Below are positions 1-12,558 of a stretch of 64,000 bases of DNA, piece after piece (position 1 is the first letter of the stretch; the number at the start of each line of letters is the position of its first letter). Below the pieces are notes generated by a model, which saw only the letters and a list, made by a program, of their open reading frames with translations, was not told where the DNA came from and did not search any database. This DNA is from Octopus sinensis (lineage: Eukaryota): positions 20,150,001 to 20,214,000 of the forward strand of contig NC_043022.1 in NCBI RefSeq assembly GCF_006345805.1. Direction: 5' to 3'. The position numbers were made by a program, and so were the translations under genes.

Positions 1-431
1 ACATGTAACGGGCTTCTTTCAGTTTCCGTCTACCAAAATCCACTCAAATGGCTTTGGTTGGTTTGCAGCTGTAGTAGAAGATATTAGTGGAGCAAATCAA
101 CCCCAGGACTTATTCTTTGTCAGCCTAGTGCTTATTCTATCGGTCTCTTTTGCTGAACTGCTAAGTTACAGGGATGTAAACACACCAGCATTGGTTGTCA
201 AGTGATGTTGGTGGGGGGGGAGAGACAAACACACACACACACACACACACACTTATATATATATATATGACGGGCCTCTTTCAGTTTCCGTCTACCAAAT
301 CCACTTACAAGGCTTTGGTTGGCCCAAGGCTATAGTAGAAGACACTTGCCCAAGGTGCCACGCAGTGGGACTGAACCCGGGACCATGTGGTTGGTAGACA
401 AGCTACTTACCACACAGCCACTCCTGCACCT
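1..431 (-). mobile_element. tRNA-derived SINE family A (one partial plus one near-complete copy)
   Basis: Reverse complement gives the family A head (ggagtggctgtgtggtaag...ggttcagtccc, Pol III A/B-box-like) and the same body as about 20 other copies in the window. Confidence 0.85.
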
Positions 432-439
432 ATGTGCAT

Positions 440-885
440 TTTGTTTCTCTCAACTACCATCTCTGAGAATAACAGCACAATGATGCAATTTACTCTGCGA
501 GAAATTTGGAGATGACATACAGTACTGCTTCGCATTGACACCAGAAGCTCCAATATGAATATTTCAGAGTGTTTGGGTGTCAACCTGAAGACAGTGCAGA
601 GAATTCAGAAAGAGTTGGATGAATCTAATGGTGATTACAAAGGTACAACAGCTTGGAAAACTGACTCTCTCTTTGACTCTTTTACTTGTTTCAGTCATTT
701 GACTGTGGCCATGCTGGAGCACCGCCTTTAATCGAGCAACTTGACCCCGGGACTTATTCTTTGTAAGCCCAGTACATATTCTATCGGTCTCTTTTTGCCG
801 AACCGCTAAGTGACGGGGACGTAAACACACCAGCATCGGTTGTCAAGCAATGCTAGGGGGACAAACATACACTATACATATATAT

Positions 886-924
<39 letters not shown>

Positions 925-1746
925 CGACAGGCTTCTTTCAGTTTCCGTCTACCAAATCCACTCACAAGGCATTGGTCGGCCCGGGGCTATAGCAGAAGAC
1001 ACTTGCCCAAGATGCCACGCAGTGGGACTGAACCCGGAACCATGTGGTTGGTTAGCAAGCTACTTACCACACAGCCACTCCTACGCCTGTGAAGCTTTTG
1101 AAAAATTTCTGCCAGGATCAGATGGTGAACACACAGAACAACCGCTGGCTTGCCTCGTCTCCAATACATGTACCGAGAGTGATAAAAACCAAACATCATG
1201 GTGTTTGGAGTGATCACTAATGATGGCGGCAGTATGCCTCCGTTCATCTTCCCACACAGCCTCAGACTCAGCACTGAGGCTTACATCAAGTACCTGGAGG
1301 AGGTAGTGCTACCCTGGGTCAAGAGGATGGCTGCTGGAAGACCCTATGTCTGACAAGAGGACTCTGCACCCTGCGACACAAGCAGGAGAACTCAATCATG
1401 GCTGTCAGACAATTTCTTTGACCACATCACCCCTAACATCTGGCCACCTAACTCCCCAGACTGCAACTCCCTTGATTATTATGTGTGGAGCGCAGTTGAG
1501 CGAGAGACCAACAAAACTCCTTGTAACACCAAAGATGAACTAAAGGCAAGAATTATGGCAGCATTCACCAACTTAAACAAGGAGACTGTCCAGAAGAGTT
1601 GCTGGAGATTCCGAAGTCATCTGGAGGCCGTGGTTGAAGCCAATGGCAACTTTATTGAATAAATTTATTCATCTGTTAAAATGAGATATAACTGTTATTT
1701 TCATTTTTGTCTAATTTTGATGACCATGTATTCACCACACCCTGTA
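440..1746 (+). mobile_element. Decayed Tc1/mariner-superfamily transposon, maT-like (DD37D), interrupted by a SINE
   Basis: Manual translation: N-terminal HTH-like NISECLGVNLKTVQRIQKEL (~560-630); catalytic region ...QEDSAPCDTSRRTQSWLSDNFFDHITPNIWPPNSPDCNSLDYYVW...EANGNFIE* (stop ~1662) with 37 residues between 2nd and 3rd Asp; right end ...cacaccctg followed by TA; internal stop and frameshift. Confidence 0.8.
665..1088 (-). mobile_element. SINE family A, full length
   Basis: Complete head, body, internal (CA/TA)n and taaaagag-type tail; sits inside the maT element. Confidence 0.9.
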
Positions 1747-1977
1747 TATGTGTGTGTGTGTGTGTGTGAGATATACTGACAAAAGTATTATTGACATACA
1801 TTTTTTTGTACTCTGTTGGTTTATCTGAGGTGTTAAAATTCTATTGTGTACGTTTTATGTGAACTTTTGTCATTTTTTTTTCTGAGTATATTTGTGTTTT
1901 CATGAAGTTCTTTTGTGACATGGATATCGTTTTGTTGCCAACCCATGAGAACTTTATGCTTCATTGGTATACATTCA

Positions 1978-2280
1978 TTATCATCATCATCGTCGTCGTT
2001 TAATGTCTGCTTTCCATGCTGGTATGGGTTGGATGGTTAGACTGAAAGCTGACAAGCCTGAAAGCTGCACCAGGCTCCAATCTTGATCTGGTAATGTTTC
2101 TACAGCTGGATGCCCTTCCTAACACCAACCACTCCGAGAGTGTAGTGGGTGCTTTTTACGTGCCACCGGCATGAGGGCCAGTCAGGTAGTACTGGGATCG
2201 GCCACGGTTGAATAGTGTTTTTTATGTGCCGCTGGCACTGGCATCGACCATGCTCAAATGGTGCTTTTTACATGCCACTA
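1978..2280 (-). mobile_element. RTE-LINE 3' end fragment
   Basis: (cat)n tail plus tttccatgctggtatgggttgg motif identical in kind to the tail physically joined to RTE ORF2 at 4583-5470. Confidence 0.75.
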
Positions 2281-2294
2281 TATCATATATATAT

Positions 2295-2327
<33 letters not shown>

Positions 2328-2328
2328 G

Positions 2329-2520
2329 TTGGAATTTACAGAAAAACAAAAGACTAAGACAGGTGTATAAACAGCAAACAGGTGTATTAGTTTAATGCTC
2401 GGGAAGGTGGGAAAGTCTTTTATGTTTTGACCCTATGCTCTTCAACAGAAGGAACACGAGAAAATAAAGAGAGAGAGAATAGTATAAGCTTTAGGGGCTA
2501 GCAGTCTATCATAGTGTGTG
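2329..2520 (-). mobile_element. Short putative PLE-terminus-derived repeat (family P1), degenerate hammerhead-like motif
   Basis: Similar to 3695-3890 and 26938-27080; abuts (TA)n. Confidence 0.45.
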
Positions 2521-2544
2521 TATGTATATATATTTCTTTACTGC

Positions 2545-2875
2545 CTTCAGATTCCTTCAACAGTTTGGGAGTGGCACTTCTTCACACATCTCTCCTCATC
2601 CATCTGTAGTACATGACCATACCAACGCATACGTCTCTCTTGCACGCTGCAACCGATGCTTCTTATGCCCAACATTTCTCTCAGGGCGCTTACACTCTGT
2701 TGCGTGCATGGACAGACATTACACATCCAGTGGATCATGCTATCTTCATTTCTTTCAAACCTATGCATGTCCTCCACAGTCACAGCCCATGTTTCACTAC
2801 AGTGAAGCACGGCAGTTCGCACACATGCGTCGTACAATCTACCTTCACTCTGAGTGAGAGACCCTTTGTCACCAG
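2545..2875 (-). pseudogene. RTE-clade LINE ORF2 C-terminal fragment
   Basis: Translation KGRLYDACVRTAVLHCSETWAVT...ERRMRWYGHVLQMDEERCVKKC, typical RT C-terminal region (RLRWxGHV) of RTE LINEs. Confidence 0.85.
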
Positions 2876-2879
2876 TATG

Positions 2880-2893
2880 TATATATATGTATG

Positions 2894-2938
<45 letters not shown>

Positions 2939-3350
2939 TATATATATACATACACACACACTACAAACACACACAATGAACCCACACATACATCCCATAC
3001 ACACGGCACACAATTATACATACATATATATACACACACGCACGTACAAGCACACACGCACACATACACTAAGTTAAGCACAGTTACTCGCCACACACCC
3101 AAACTCTACGCATACACACACGAACACACACATACACACACACACTACAAACATAACACACACACACATACCTCTTTGTTTTTGACTTGTGCTGGACACA
3201 AAAATCACCACTCCTTATTCTTACAAACTGGCCAGCTACTAGCCAGTTGTTCGCCATACATACAAACACACACGCACCCACATGTGTCATCATTGCACAC
3301 ATACACACACGCGCGCTCCCGCAGACCTTCGCGCATGCACACATCCACAC
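2880..3350. repeat. Compound (TA)n/(CA)n microsatellite
   Basis: Direct inspection. Confidence 0.9.
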
Positions 3351-3379
3351 ACATTTCCTTGTCCTTACCATTCTGTCTT

Positions 3380-3630
3380 TGAAACTCTCCTGTCTTTAAA
3401 AAACATTATTCTTCTACCTTACAACTTCCGGCCTTTCAATATGTGACCTCGTTAGTACTGCCAGCGATTTTTTTTCCTCTGTCTTCCCTTCTCGGGATCT
3501 TTCCTTCTCCTATGTTTCCGACGAAGAGCTCTGCTCGAAACATTAAACCCTCCTTCTTCCCTTCTTTCCTGAGCGTCCAATAATACTTTATTTGTTCCAT
3601 GTCCTCGCGTTGCTGTGTTTTTTTTGTGTT
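3380..3630 (+). mobile_element. Short putative PLE-terminus-derived repeat (family P2) with hammerhead-like motif at ~3512-3549
   Basis: CCGACGA-a-gagc-tct-gctc-GAAAC-at-TA; second copy in reverse at 43540-43742; followed by (TA)n. Confidence 0.5.
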
Positions 3631-3642
3631 TTCTTGTTGAAT

Positions 3643-3694
<52 letters not shown>

Positions 3695-3697
<3 letters not shown>

Positions 3698-3890
3698 TGA
3701 GAATTTATGAAAAAACGAAAGACGAAGATGGGTGTATAAACAACAAACAGATATATTTGTTTAATGCTCGCTCAGGAAGTGAGAAAGTCTTTTACGTTTC
3801 GAGCCTACAGAAAGGAACACAGAAATAAACAGGGAGAGAAAATAGAAAAAGGTGTAGTGGTTAACAATCTATCATGGCGAATGCCGGACA
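3695..3890 (-). mobile_element. Family P1 repeat (motif partly deleted)
   Basis: Aligns by eye with 26938-27080; preceded by (TA)n. Confidence 0.45.
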
Positions 3891-4582
3891 GAAAGGTCAT
3901 GCATACATATATAGACACACACATACACGTGTGTGTGTATTTTGTTTCATATTTGCACACACATACACAGAGTTTATATATACATACCTACACACACTTA
4001 CATGTATATAGTTTTATATTAGCAAAATATCATGAAATGCTGAGAGACTGTTCATTGTCCTAAAAATGGCACAATAGGGATCTTTTCAATTATCTTGGTA
4101 TATCTAGCTCAACTATTTGAAATGGTTCAAACAGCTGACAGTATGAATAGCATAGCAGTAGATGAGCTATGCTGGAATCCCTAAGCCATAGTAGTCACTG
4201 TTTTGAGTACTGGGGTCAGGGAGGTTTAATGAATGAATGAATTAGGAAGGCGGTGAGGATGTAGGAAGTGTAGAAAATGGTTTTCAGGAGGAGAAAGAGG
4301 AGAGGAAATATATTAAGAAGCTCAACAGGCCTTGTTGTTTGCTGGTTTCTATTAATACTTTTAAGGGATTTTCAAGTCAAAACTCACTTATTGTGATTGT
4401 TTTGGGAATCAAAGCTTTTTTGGTAACAAACAGCTAACATTAAGTAACCAATGAGTTCAAGATGTTGCAGCCTTCAATTTTTTCTCTCTAAATGTATTTT
4501 TTGACCCAGTATTTACAGGCCATTATTTATAGCTAGTTTCACTGTTCCAAAAAACAAACAACGAAAAAAGAACTATTTCACA

Positions 4583-5470
4583 TTATCATCATCATTATCG
4601 TTTAATGTCTGTTTTCCATGCTGGCATGGGTTGGATGGTTCGACTGGAGTCTGGGAAGCCAGGCGGCTGCGCCAGGCTCCAGTCTGATCTGGCAGTGTTT
4701 CTACAGCTGAATGCCCTTCCTAACACCAACCACTCTGAGAGAAGTGGGTGCTTTTTTACATGCCACCAGCACAGGGGCCAGAGGAGGCTGGCATCAACCA
4801 TGATTGGGTGGTACTTTTTACGTGCCACCAGCACAGAAGCCAGTCAAGACAGCACTGGCATCGGCCACATTCAGATGGTGCTTTTTATGTGACACTGGCA
4901 CAGGGACCACAACTACAATTTCCATTTGATTGTGATTTGATTTGATTTTGTACTTGACTCAGTTGGTCTCCTTAAGCATGACATGTCGCCCTATGATCAA
5001 GGTACTTTTTGAGTGGGTTGGTTATGCGACACTGGTATAGGTTACAGCTGTGAATTCACTTTATTTGCTGGTCTTCTCAGTCACAGCATATCTCTAGAGT
5101 TCTCAGTCTTTTGTCATTGCCTCTCTGAGGCCCAACGTTTGAAGGTCATGCTTAACCACCTCATCCCATGTCTTCCTGGGTCTACTTCTACCTTGGATTC
5201 CTTCCACTGTTTGGTAGTGGAACTTCTTCACACAGCTCTCCTTATCCATCCATAGTACATGACCATACCAACGCAAATGTCTCTTTTGCAGTCACATCTG
5301 ATGCTTCTTATGTCCAACATTTATCTCAGGGTGCTTACACTCTGTCGTGTGTACACACTGACATTACACATCCAACGGATCATGCTAGCTCCATTTCTTT
5401 TGAGCTTACGCAGTCACAGCTCATGTTTCACTGATGTGAAGCATTGCAGTTCACACACATGCATTGTACA
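4583..5470 (-). mobile_element. 5'-truncated RTE-LINE (ORF2 C-terminus, 3'UTR, (GAT)n tail)
   Basis: Minus strand encodes degenerate KGRLYNACV...WYGHV...GRPRKTWDEVVKHDLQTLGL; continuous with the catgctggcatgggttgg 3'UTR and (cat)n tail, which identifies that repeat family as an RTE 3' end. Confidence 0.85.
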
Positions 5471-5479
5471 ATCTACCTT

Positions 5480-5582
5480 TAGATGTATTTAATGCAAAAA
5501 AAAAACATTGAATGGCTATGGAGATCCACTAGAAAAAATAGTAAAGGGTCCATAGGTAAAGAAAAATGGTTGAGAACTACTG
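5480..5582 (-). mobile_element. hAT-like MITE end fragment
   Basis: Ends in gttgagaactactg; matches the start of the element at 52695. Confidence 0.55.
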
Positions 5583-6624
5583 CCCTAGCATAAAGCAAAT
5601 CCTTCTTTCCCCTTGGTATGTAGTCTTGTAAGCTGCACAGCAACCTCTGTGGTGCTGGTAACTTGAGAAAAAGCATTCAATACATGTTGTTGAGTGGTTG
5701 GCATTAGGAGGGCATCCAGCTGTAGAAACCATGGCAAAGCAGACACTGGAGCACAATGTAGTGATGGAACAGGGATATTAAATGGTGATGATGATTATGA
5801 CAAGGATGGTGAACAGCTATAAAATCCCCATGACAATTAAATAATTACGTAAATCACTGATTAAAAAAACAGCCAGAAATGAGGCTGGTAAATAAGTTCA
5901 CAGAAATAGAGAATGAAAGAAAAAGGAAATAAAGAAAACTTTATATTTTGAATGCAATGGCCTATCTTCAGAAAGAAGCAGTCGAAGAAATACACATTTC
6001 TCGGACTGCTTCCTTCTGAAGATACACCTTTGAGCCTAAAATGTAAAGGTTTTCTTATATTTTCTTTTTGTTCTGCTTCGTTAGAAGCTTAATTTCCCTT
6101 CTGTTTCATTTTTCTACTTCTGGACTGCAGTGCTTCAAGTGAACTACAACACTCTTAAGTTCACAGAAATAAAATGTCAACACTTCAATAAAATACCCAT
6201 AAAATAATTAAACAAATAATTATTTAATTTTCTTATTAACTGAGGTTGTACATAATAACAATTTATATAAAAAAAAATGTTAGATCTATGAGAAAAAAAT
6301 CCTGTTTAGTATAAAATTGCAAGTAAAACAACAAACCTAGAAGTAAATCCATTAAATCTGTTATTTGTAATAGTTTACCTGTAACATTTTTTTTCCATAA
6401 ATATCATTTCCTGTAACTGTTGTTTCCTGTGATTTTATTTTTTTCTAGATTCAATCAAACATTATTTTCTAAACATGAACATCATCACCAATTAACTTCT
6501 ATGTTCCATGCTGGTTTGGGTTGGATTGTAAAATGTATATTTTTCTTCATTTTAAACATTTATTTAGATTTCAGTTGCTGATGAAATTATGGATGTTTAT
6601 CATATAATATAAATATATAATAAA

Positions 6625-7051
6625 AGGCACAGGTGTGGCTGTGTGGTAAGAAGTTTGCTTCCCAACCACATGGTCTCACGTTCAGTGCCACTGTGTGGCA
6701 CATTGGACAATTTTTTTTTTTTTATAGCCTTGGGCTGGCCCAAACCTTGTGAGTGGATTTGCCATTATGTGTATGTGCCTGTGTCTGTTTGCCCCTCACC
6801 ACACATATATCTGTGTATGTGTATTTGTGTGTGTGTTTGTGTCTGTGTTTGTCCTTCACCACTACTTGACAACCATGTTGGTGTGCTTACATCCAACTAC
6901 TTAGTTGTTTGACAAAAGTGACTGATAAAATAAATACCAGGCTTTAAAAAGAAAATAAGTGTTGGGGGTCGATTTGTTCAACTAAAATTCTTTGAAGTGG
7001 TGCCCCAGCAAGGCCACGGTTTAATGACTGAAACAAGTAAAAGTTAAAGAG
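6625..7051 (+). mobile_element. SINE family A, diverged
   Basis: Head aggcacaggtgtggctgtgtggtaag and tail gactgaaacaagtaaaag. Confidence 0.75.
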
Positions 7052-7204
7052 TAGATTGATAATAAGTCCTTTATGGAAACATGTATAGTAATTATTTACA
7101 TAAATCCTTTTAAATATTATTTTAGGTTTAGTGTTCTTTGTAGGATATTTTCTGCAGCTGGAGACATAAGTACTTATACGTCCACAAATATATATGATCA
7201 TTCT

Positions 7205-7385
7205 CATCATCATCATCATCATCCTTTAACATCTGTTTTCCATGCTGGTATGGGTCGGACAGTTTGACCAGAGCTGGCAAGCTGGAGAGGTTCCAGTCTG
7301 ATTTGGCTTGGTTTCTATGACTGGATACCCTTCCAAATGCCAACCACTTTACAGTGTGTGCTTTTAATGTGGCACCAGCATATGA
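7205..7385 (-). mobile_element. RTE-LINE 3' end fragment
   Basis: (cat)n tail plus conserved 3'UTR motif. Confidence 0.7.
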
Positions 7386-7669
7386 CACACTTCTTTCAGT
7401 TTCTGAAACTAGTTCTACTCAAAAGGCTTCAGTCGGCCCAAGTCTGTAGTTGAAGACACTTGCCCAAGGTACCGTGCAGTGGAACTGAACCTGAAACCAA
7501 GTGGGTGGGAAGCAAGGTCATATAATGTTGATGTAGCATGTTACACAATTTTCCAAATATTGTGGGACGCCAACCAATATTTCATGAACAAACCCCCTCC
7601 ACCCTAATTTTAATAGAACATTAAACAATACCGGAATTGTTTTAGAGAGAATTATTTTGTAAAAGAAAC

Positions 7670-8076
7670 GAAATATGTTGAAGGCTGATCTCAAGACACT
7701 GAGCCTTACAAAGGAGATGACAAAGGACTGAGATATCTGGCACCTTGCTTTTCTTAAGAAGACATGTTCATCACAGCAGAATTGCTAATGCTCCCCTCCC
7801 AGTTGAAGGGGTTTTTGCCTTGCAAGAGTCCCAGGCTGGTGCCACATAAAGAGCACCTGTGCGGGTGCTATGTAAAAATTACCTGTGCCAACACCATGTA
7901 AAAGGCACCTCTGTTGAGCCATGTAAATGACACCCATGACAGACTACATCATAAGCACCTATGCCAATGCCAAGTAAATTGTAAAGGGGTTGACCTCAGG
8001 AAGGGCAACCAACCTCAGAAACCATCCAACCCATGCCAGCATGGGAAACAGACATGAAATGGTGATGATGATGATG
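7670..8076 (+). mobile_element. RTE-LINE 3' end (last ORF2 codons plus 3'UTR with degenerate ~26-bp repeats)
   Basis: LKADLKTLSLTKEMTKD*DIWHLAFLKKT followed by ccaacccatgccagcatgg and (gat)n. Confidence 0.7.
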
Positions 8077-8436
8077 GACGTCACTTTGTCAAACTGAATA
8101 CCATTTTTTTTCTTTTATTACATTTCATTAAAAGACCCCTTATCTTGTAGAACTTCAGAATGTCTTCCCAGAAAAAACAAGTCAACTATTGTCACCTTGC
8201 TACCAGGCAACATTGCAGTTCTCTTGCAAGCATCATACCCTTGAATGCAGAAGACTGTGCCTTTCATTTGTTTGGAGTTGATAAAGTACCCGTGTAGGGC
8301 AATGGGGTGTTTGTGGAAGCATGTGGTTTAGTGGTAAGGTGGAGGTTTTGGTCCCTGGACTAGGAAACGTGTTGTGCTCTTACTTTTAAGTTTTCTGAAT
8401 TATTTCAGATTCTCTTCTGCAATGGATAGTAGTGGA

Positions 8437-9090
8437 TAGCTAGAGAGACAGATTGATAGACAGACAGATAGACAGATTGATAGATAGATTGATTGACAGA
8501 TAGGCAGATAGATAGATAAGCCGATAGATAGATTGATAGGCAGATAGATAGATAGATTGATAGATAGATAGATAGATAGATAGATTGATAGATAGATAGA
8601 TAGATAGATAGGCAGCTAGACAGATAGATAGATAGATAGGCAGCTAGACAGATAGATAGATTGATTGGCAGATAGACAGATAGATAGATTGATAGGCAGA
8701 TAGAGAGATTAATAGACAAGCAGGCAGACAGACTGATAGGCGGAAGGGCAGACAGATGATCAGAGATAGATAGATAGATATATACTGACAGATTGATTGG
8801 TAGTTAGGCAAACAGATAGGTGGAAGGGCAGCCAGATGATCAGGTAAATAGATAGAGAGATATACTGATAGATAGATTAACAGGTAGAGAGATAGCAGAC
8901 AGACAAACAGGTGGAAAGGCAGCTCGATGATTGTAGAGAGACGTAGGCATGTAGTTAGATAAATAGATATATTTATTAAGGGCAGATGGATAGATAAATA
9001 GAAATGGTCAGAGCAATCAACAGTGTTTTTGCAGGAGGGAATGAAGGAGTCTGGTAGGTAGGTGGATAGATAGAGAGATGGTTAGATAGA
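8437..9090. repeat. Compound (GATA)n/(GACA)n microsatellite
   Basis: Direct inspection. Confidence 0.9.
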
Positions 9091-9331
9091 TGTATAAATA
9101 TAAATTGGCAAAAGAACTCGAAACCAAATTTAGCAAAATTTGAGCCAAAATGTTCAATGGCCAACTTTTATAACTTTTGTTTACAACATAAACATACTCA
9201 CACATATGCCATTTAACAATGTAAGCAAGGAGCCAGCATCAATGGACAGCACACATAATGACATAAACTAACAAGAGAGTCCCTGTATGGTCAGTCACCT
9301 GCCAGAAATAGCAGCCAGATCAACGTCTGTC

Positions 9332-9870
9332 TTAACCCTTTTAGCATTCAGATTGCTCTGTCAAATGTCATGCTTATTTATTCACATAGTTTTGAATTAA
9401 TTATGCATTATCTTGTAACCTCAAGATTTCAATGATAGGATTGTACATTGTAGGATAGGTGTGAGAGGCTAGATCTGATCAGTTTCAGCATAATATTTGG
9501 GCTGGATATGGCTGGTTTAACCCTTTAATATTCAGATTACTCTCTCAAATGTAATGCATAATTATTCCCATAGTTTTAAATTAATCATGCATTATCTTGT
9601 TGCTTCAAGGTTTTAATGATGTGATTGTATATTTTCAGAATGACATTGTTGGGTAGGTGTGAGAGGCTAGATCTAGCCAGTTTGAACAAAAAACAGGCAG
9701 AATATTTGGGGTGGGTGTGAGGTTTAACCCTTTAGCATTCACATTACTCTGTTGAATGTGATGCTTATTTATTCACCTAGTTTTCAATTAACCATGTATT
9801 ATCTTGTTGCTTCATGGTTTTGATGATGTAGACATTGTAAGGTAGGTGTGAGAGGCCAGATATGGTCAGT
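9332..9870 (+). mobile_element. Three head-to-tail copies of a ~190-205 bp piggyBac-like non-autonomous element
   Basis: Units start TTAACCCTTT at 9332, 9517 and 9724 and share internal sequence (cattcagattactct...taggtgtgagaggctagatct). Confidence 0.6.
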
Positions 9871-10798
9871 TTGTGTTGTTGAGGAGGTGGACTCCTTTGA
9901 TCAGCATGCCATACCTCTCTGCTTTGATAGCATCCTGCAATTTCTGCAGCAAAGAAGCATAATATGCCCTGTTAATTTTGGTGCCCTTTGCCAGAAAATC
10001 TGTCATCACTATTCTGTGCTCGTTCCAAAAGACTGAGCATCACCTTGCCTTCTGAGGGTTGGACTTGAGCCTTCTTTGGAGGTGATGAGTTCTCATGTTT
10101 CTATTGCTTTGCCTGGACTTTAGTTTCAGGATCATAGTGATGGATCCATGTTTCATCCTGTGTAATAAATCTACCCCAAAAAGTCCTTCCTGTTTTCTTG
10201 ACTCATTGCAAAATAACCTGAGGACAATTGACTCATTCCTGCTCCTGAAAAGGTGTGAGCATCCAGAGAATCCATCGTGCAGACAACTTCTACGTGTGTA
10301 AATGGTCGTGAATGATTTTTCCCATGGACTTTACACTTATCTTCACTTCTTGAGCTAGCTGGCGAATAGTTATGAGGTGATCCTCCAAAATGGCGGCTTC
10401 CACTTCATGAATGGTGTCATCATCAATGGCAGAATGTGGCCATCCAGGAATAGGAGCAGTTTCCACTGATGTCCAACCACGTTTAAACTGATGATGCCAG
10501 TGTATGACTACGTTGTAGGATGGTGCATCATCACCATAAACTTCTTTCATCTCATCGAAAGTCTCTTTTGGTGTACGGCCTTTCAAGTATAAGATCCTGA
10601 TCACTGATCTGCATTTAATTGCCTCCATTATAACACCTTAGTCTACTTCAGCAGCCGTAAAAGACAAACGAATAATAGTGGAAAGATGCAATTTAGAATG
10701 TGACATGTAGAGACATGTATGATTCTACATGTACAAGTTCCGTTTCCTGCAATAACTGGAAGTGGGTCAGGGCAGATCTTTAATGAACCACCCTCGTA
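9870..10798 (-). mobile_element. Decayed mariner transposon (3'-truncated transposase pseudogene)
   Basis: ORF 10290-10628 is a mariner HTH N-terminus (MEAIKCRSVIRILYLKG...TIRQLAQEVKIS); continues through stops to WILRML (WVPHEL-like) and DETWIHHYDPETK; 5' end TACGAGGG at 10798. Confidence 0.85.
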
Positions 10799-10867
10799 TG
10801 TAAAGTGACAAACTGGCAGAATTGTTAGCACATTGTGCAAAATACTTAATGGTATTTCATCCATTTA

Positions 10868-11250
10868 AAGGCGGTGAGCTGGCAGAAACAGCACGCCAGG
10901 CGAGATGCTGAGCAGTATTTCGTCTGCCGCTATGTTCTGAGTTCAAATTCCGCTGAGGTCGACTTTGCCTTTCATCCTTTCGGGGTCGATAAACTAAGTA
11001 CCAGTTACGCACTGGGGTCAATATAACCGATTTAATCCATCTGGCTGTCCTTGTTTATCCTCTCTGTGTTTAGCCCCTTGTGGGTAGTAAAGAAATAGGT
11101 ATTTCATCCATTTTTACATTCTGAGTTCAACTCCACTGAAGTCAGTTTTGCTTTTCATCCTTTTGGGGTTGATAAAATAAGAACCAGTTGAAAACTGGGG
11201 TCAATGTTATTGACTTATCCCCCACACCTGAAATTGCTGACCTTGTTTGC
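10868..11250 (+). mobile_element. tRNA-derived SINE family B (full copy plus partial tandem copy)
   Basis: Head aaggcggtgagctggcagaa...gagttcaaattcc; conserved core gaggtcgactttgcctttcatcctttcggggtcgataaa. Confidence 0.85.
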
Positions 11251-11314
11251 ATTCTGTTATAGATAGATGTACACACTTTTATTAATATTATGGACATGTG
11301 CACATGTATTACTG

Positions 11315-11744
11315 CTCTTTACTCTCTTTTACTCTTTTACTTGTTTCAGTCATTTGACTGCGGCCATGCTGGAGCACCGCCTTCAGTCGAACAAATTGAC
11401 CCCAGGGACTTATTCTTTGTAAGCCCAGTATTTATTCTATCGGTCTCTTTTGCCGAACCACTAAGTGACAGAGACGTAAACACACCAGCATCGGTTGTCA
11501 AGCAATGCTAGGGGGACAAACAGACACACAAACACACACACACACACACACACATACACACATAATATACATATATATACATATATACGACGGGCTTCTT
11601 TCAGTTTCCATCTACCAAATCCACTCACAAGGTATTGGTCGGCCCGGGGCTATAGCAGAAGACACTTGCCCAAGATGCCACACAGTGGGACTGAACCCGG
11701 AACCGTGTGGCTGGTTAGCAAGCTACTTACCACACAGCCACTGC
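11315..11744 (-). mobile_element. SINE family A, full length
   Basis: High identity to other copies. Confidence 0.9.
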
Positions 11745-11999
11745 TGTGGACATTTACTATAATATGCTTCCACATGCATACATGGACTTCACCTATGTTT
11801 GTCCTTATCATGTACAATTCCAAATATATGCAACACACACACACACACACGCGCATGCTCTGTAAAACCTCACTTTTGTCTCTTTCTCTCTTTTCCGCAC
11901 ATAAATTTCCACATAGAAAGGATTTCCACATACACATGTGCAGACTCTGTTGTCTGTTTTGCTTTACATACATACCACATATATATAAAAAGGACATAA

Positions 12000-12515
12000 T
12001 CACACACACACACACACACACATACACACACACCACATGCCCCCCCCCACACACACACACACACTGAGAAGCACATACACACACACACATGCATTCTGTT
12101 TCTCTTTCTCCTGTTCACTCCTTCATACTCTCTCAACTTTTCCTTTCCATAAAGAAGTGGACACATTGAACTTCCGCCCCCCCTCCCTGCCATATACAAG
12201 CTCAACTCTATATCCTTATAGCCACACACATCCACACGTCTATGTACACACACACATCTTTCTCTCTCTCTTTTTCTTATTTTTCTCTCATTTTTTTCCC
12301 ACATAGATAAGGATACGTTCAGCTCCCCCACCCTCACCACATCCATCCACAAATGTCCACAAACACATCCTCTCTTCTACTCACAGAAGCATGCACACAC
12401 AACACACACACACATACACACACCTGCATGCACTCTCTCTTGCTCTCTCTCACACACACACACACACATGCACTCTCATACTCACACACACACACCTTCA
12501 CTTTCACTCTCTCTG

Positions 12516-12558
<43 letters not shown>

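Noticed and set aside
850-1092. Recurrent ORFs MLGGQT... / MSSNARGT... seen many times
   Set aside because: Antisense translations of SINE family A, not a gene family
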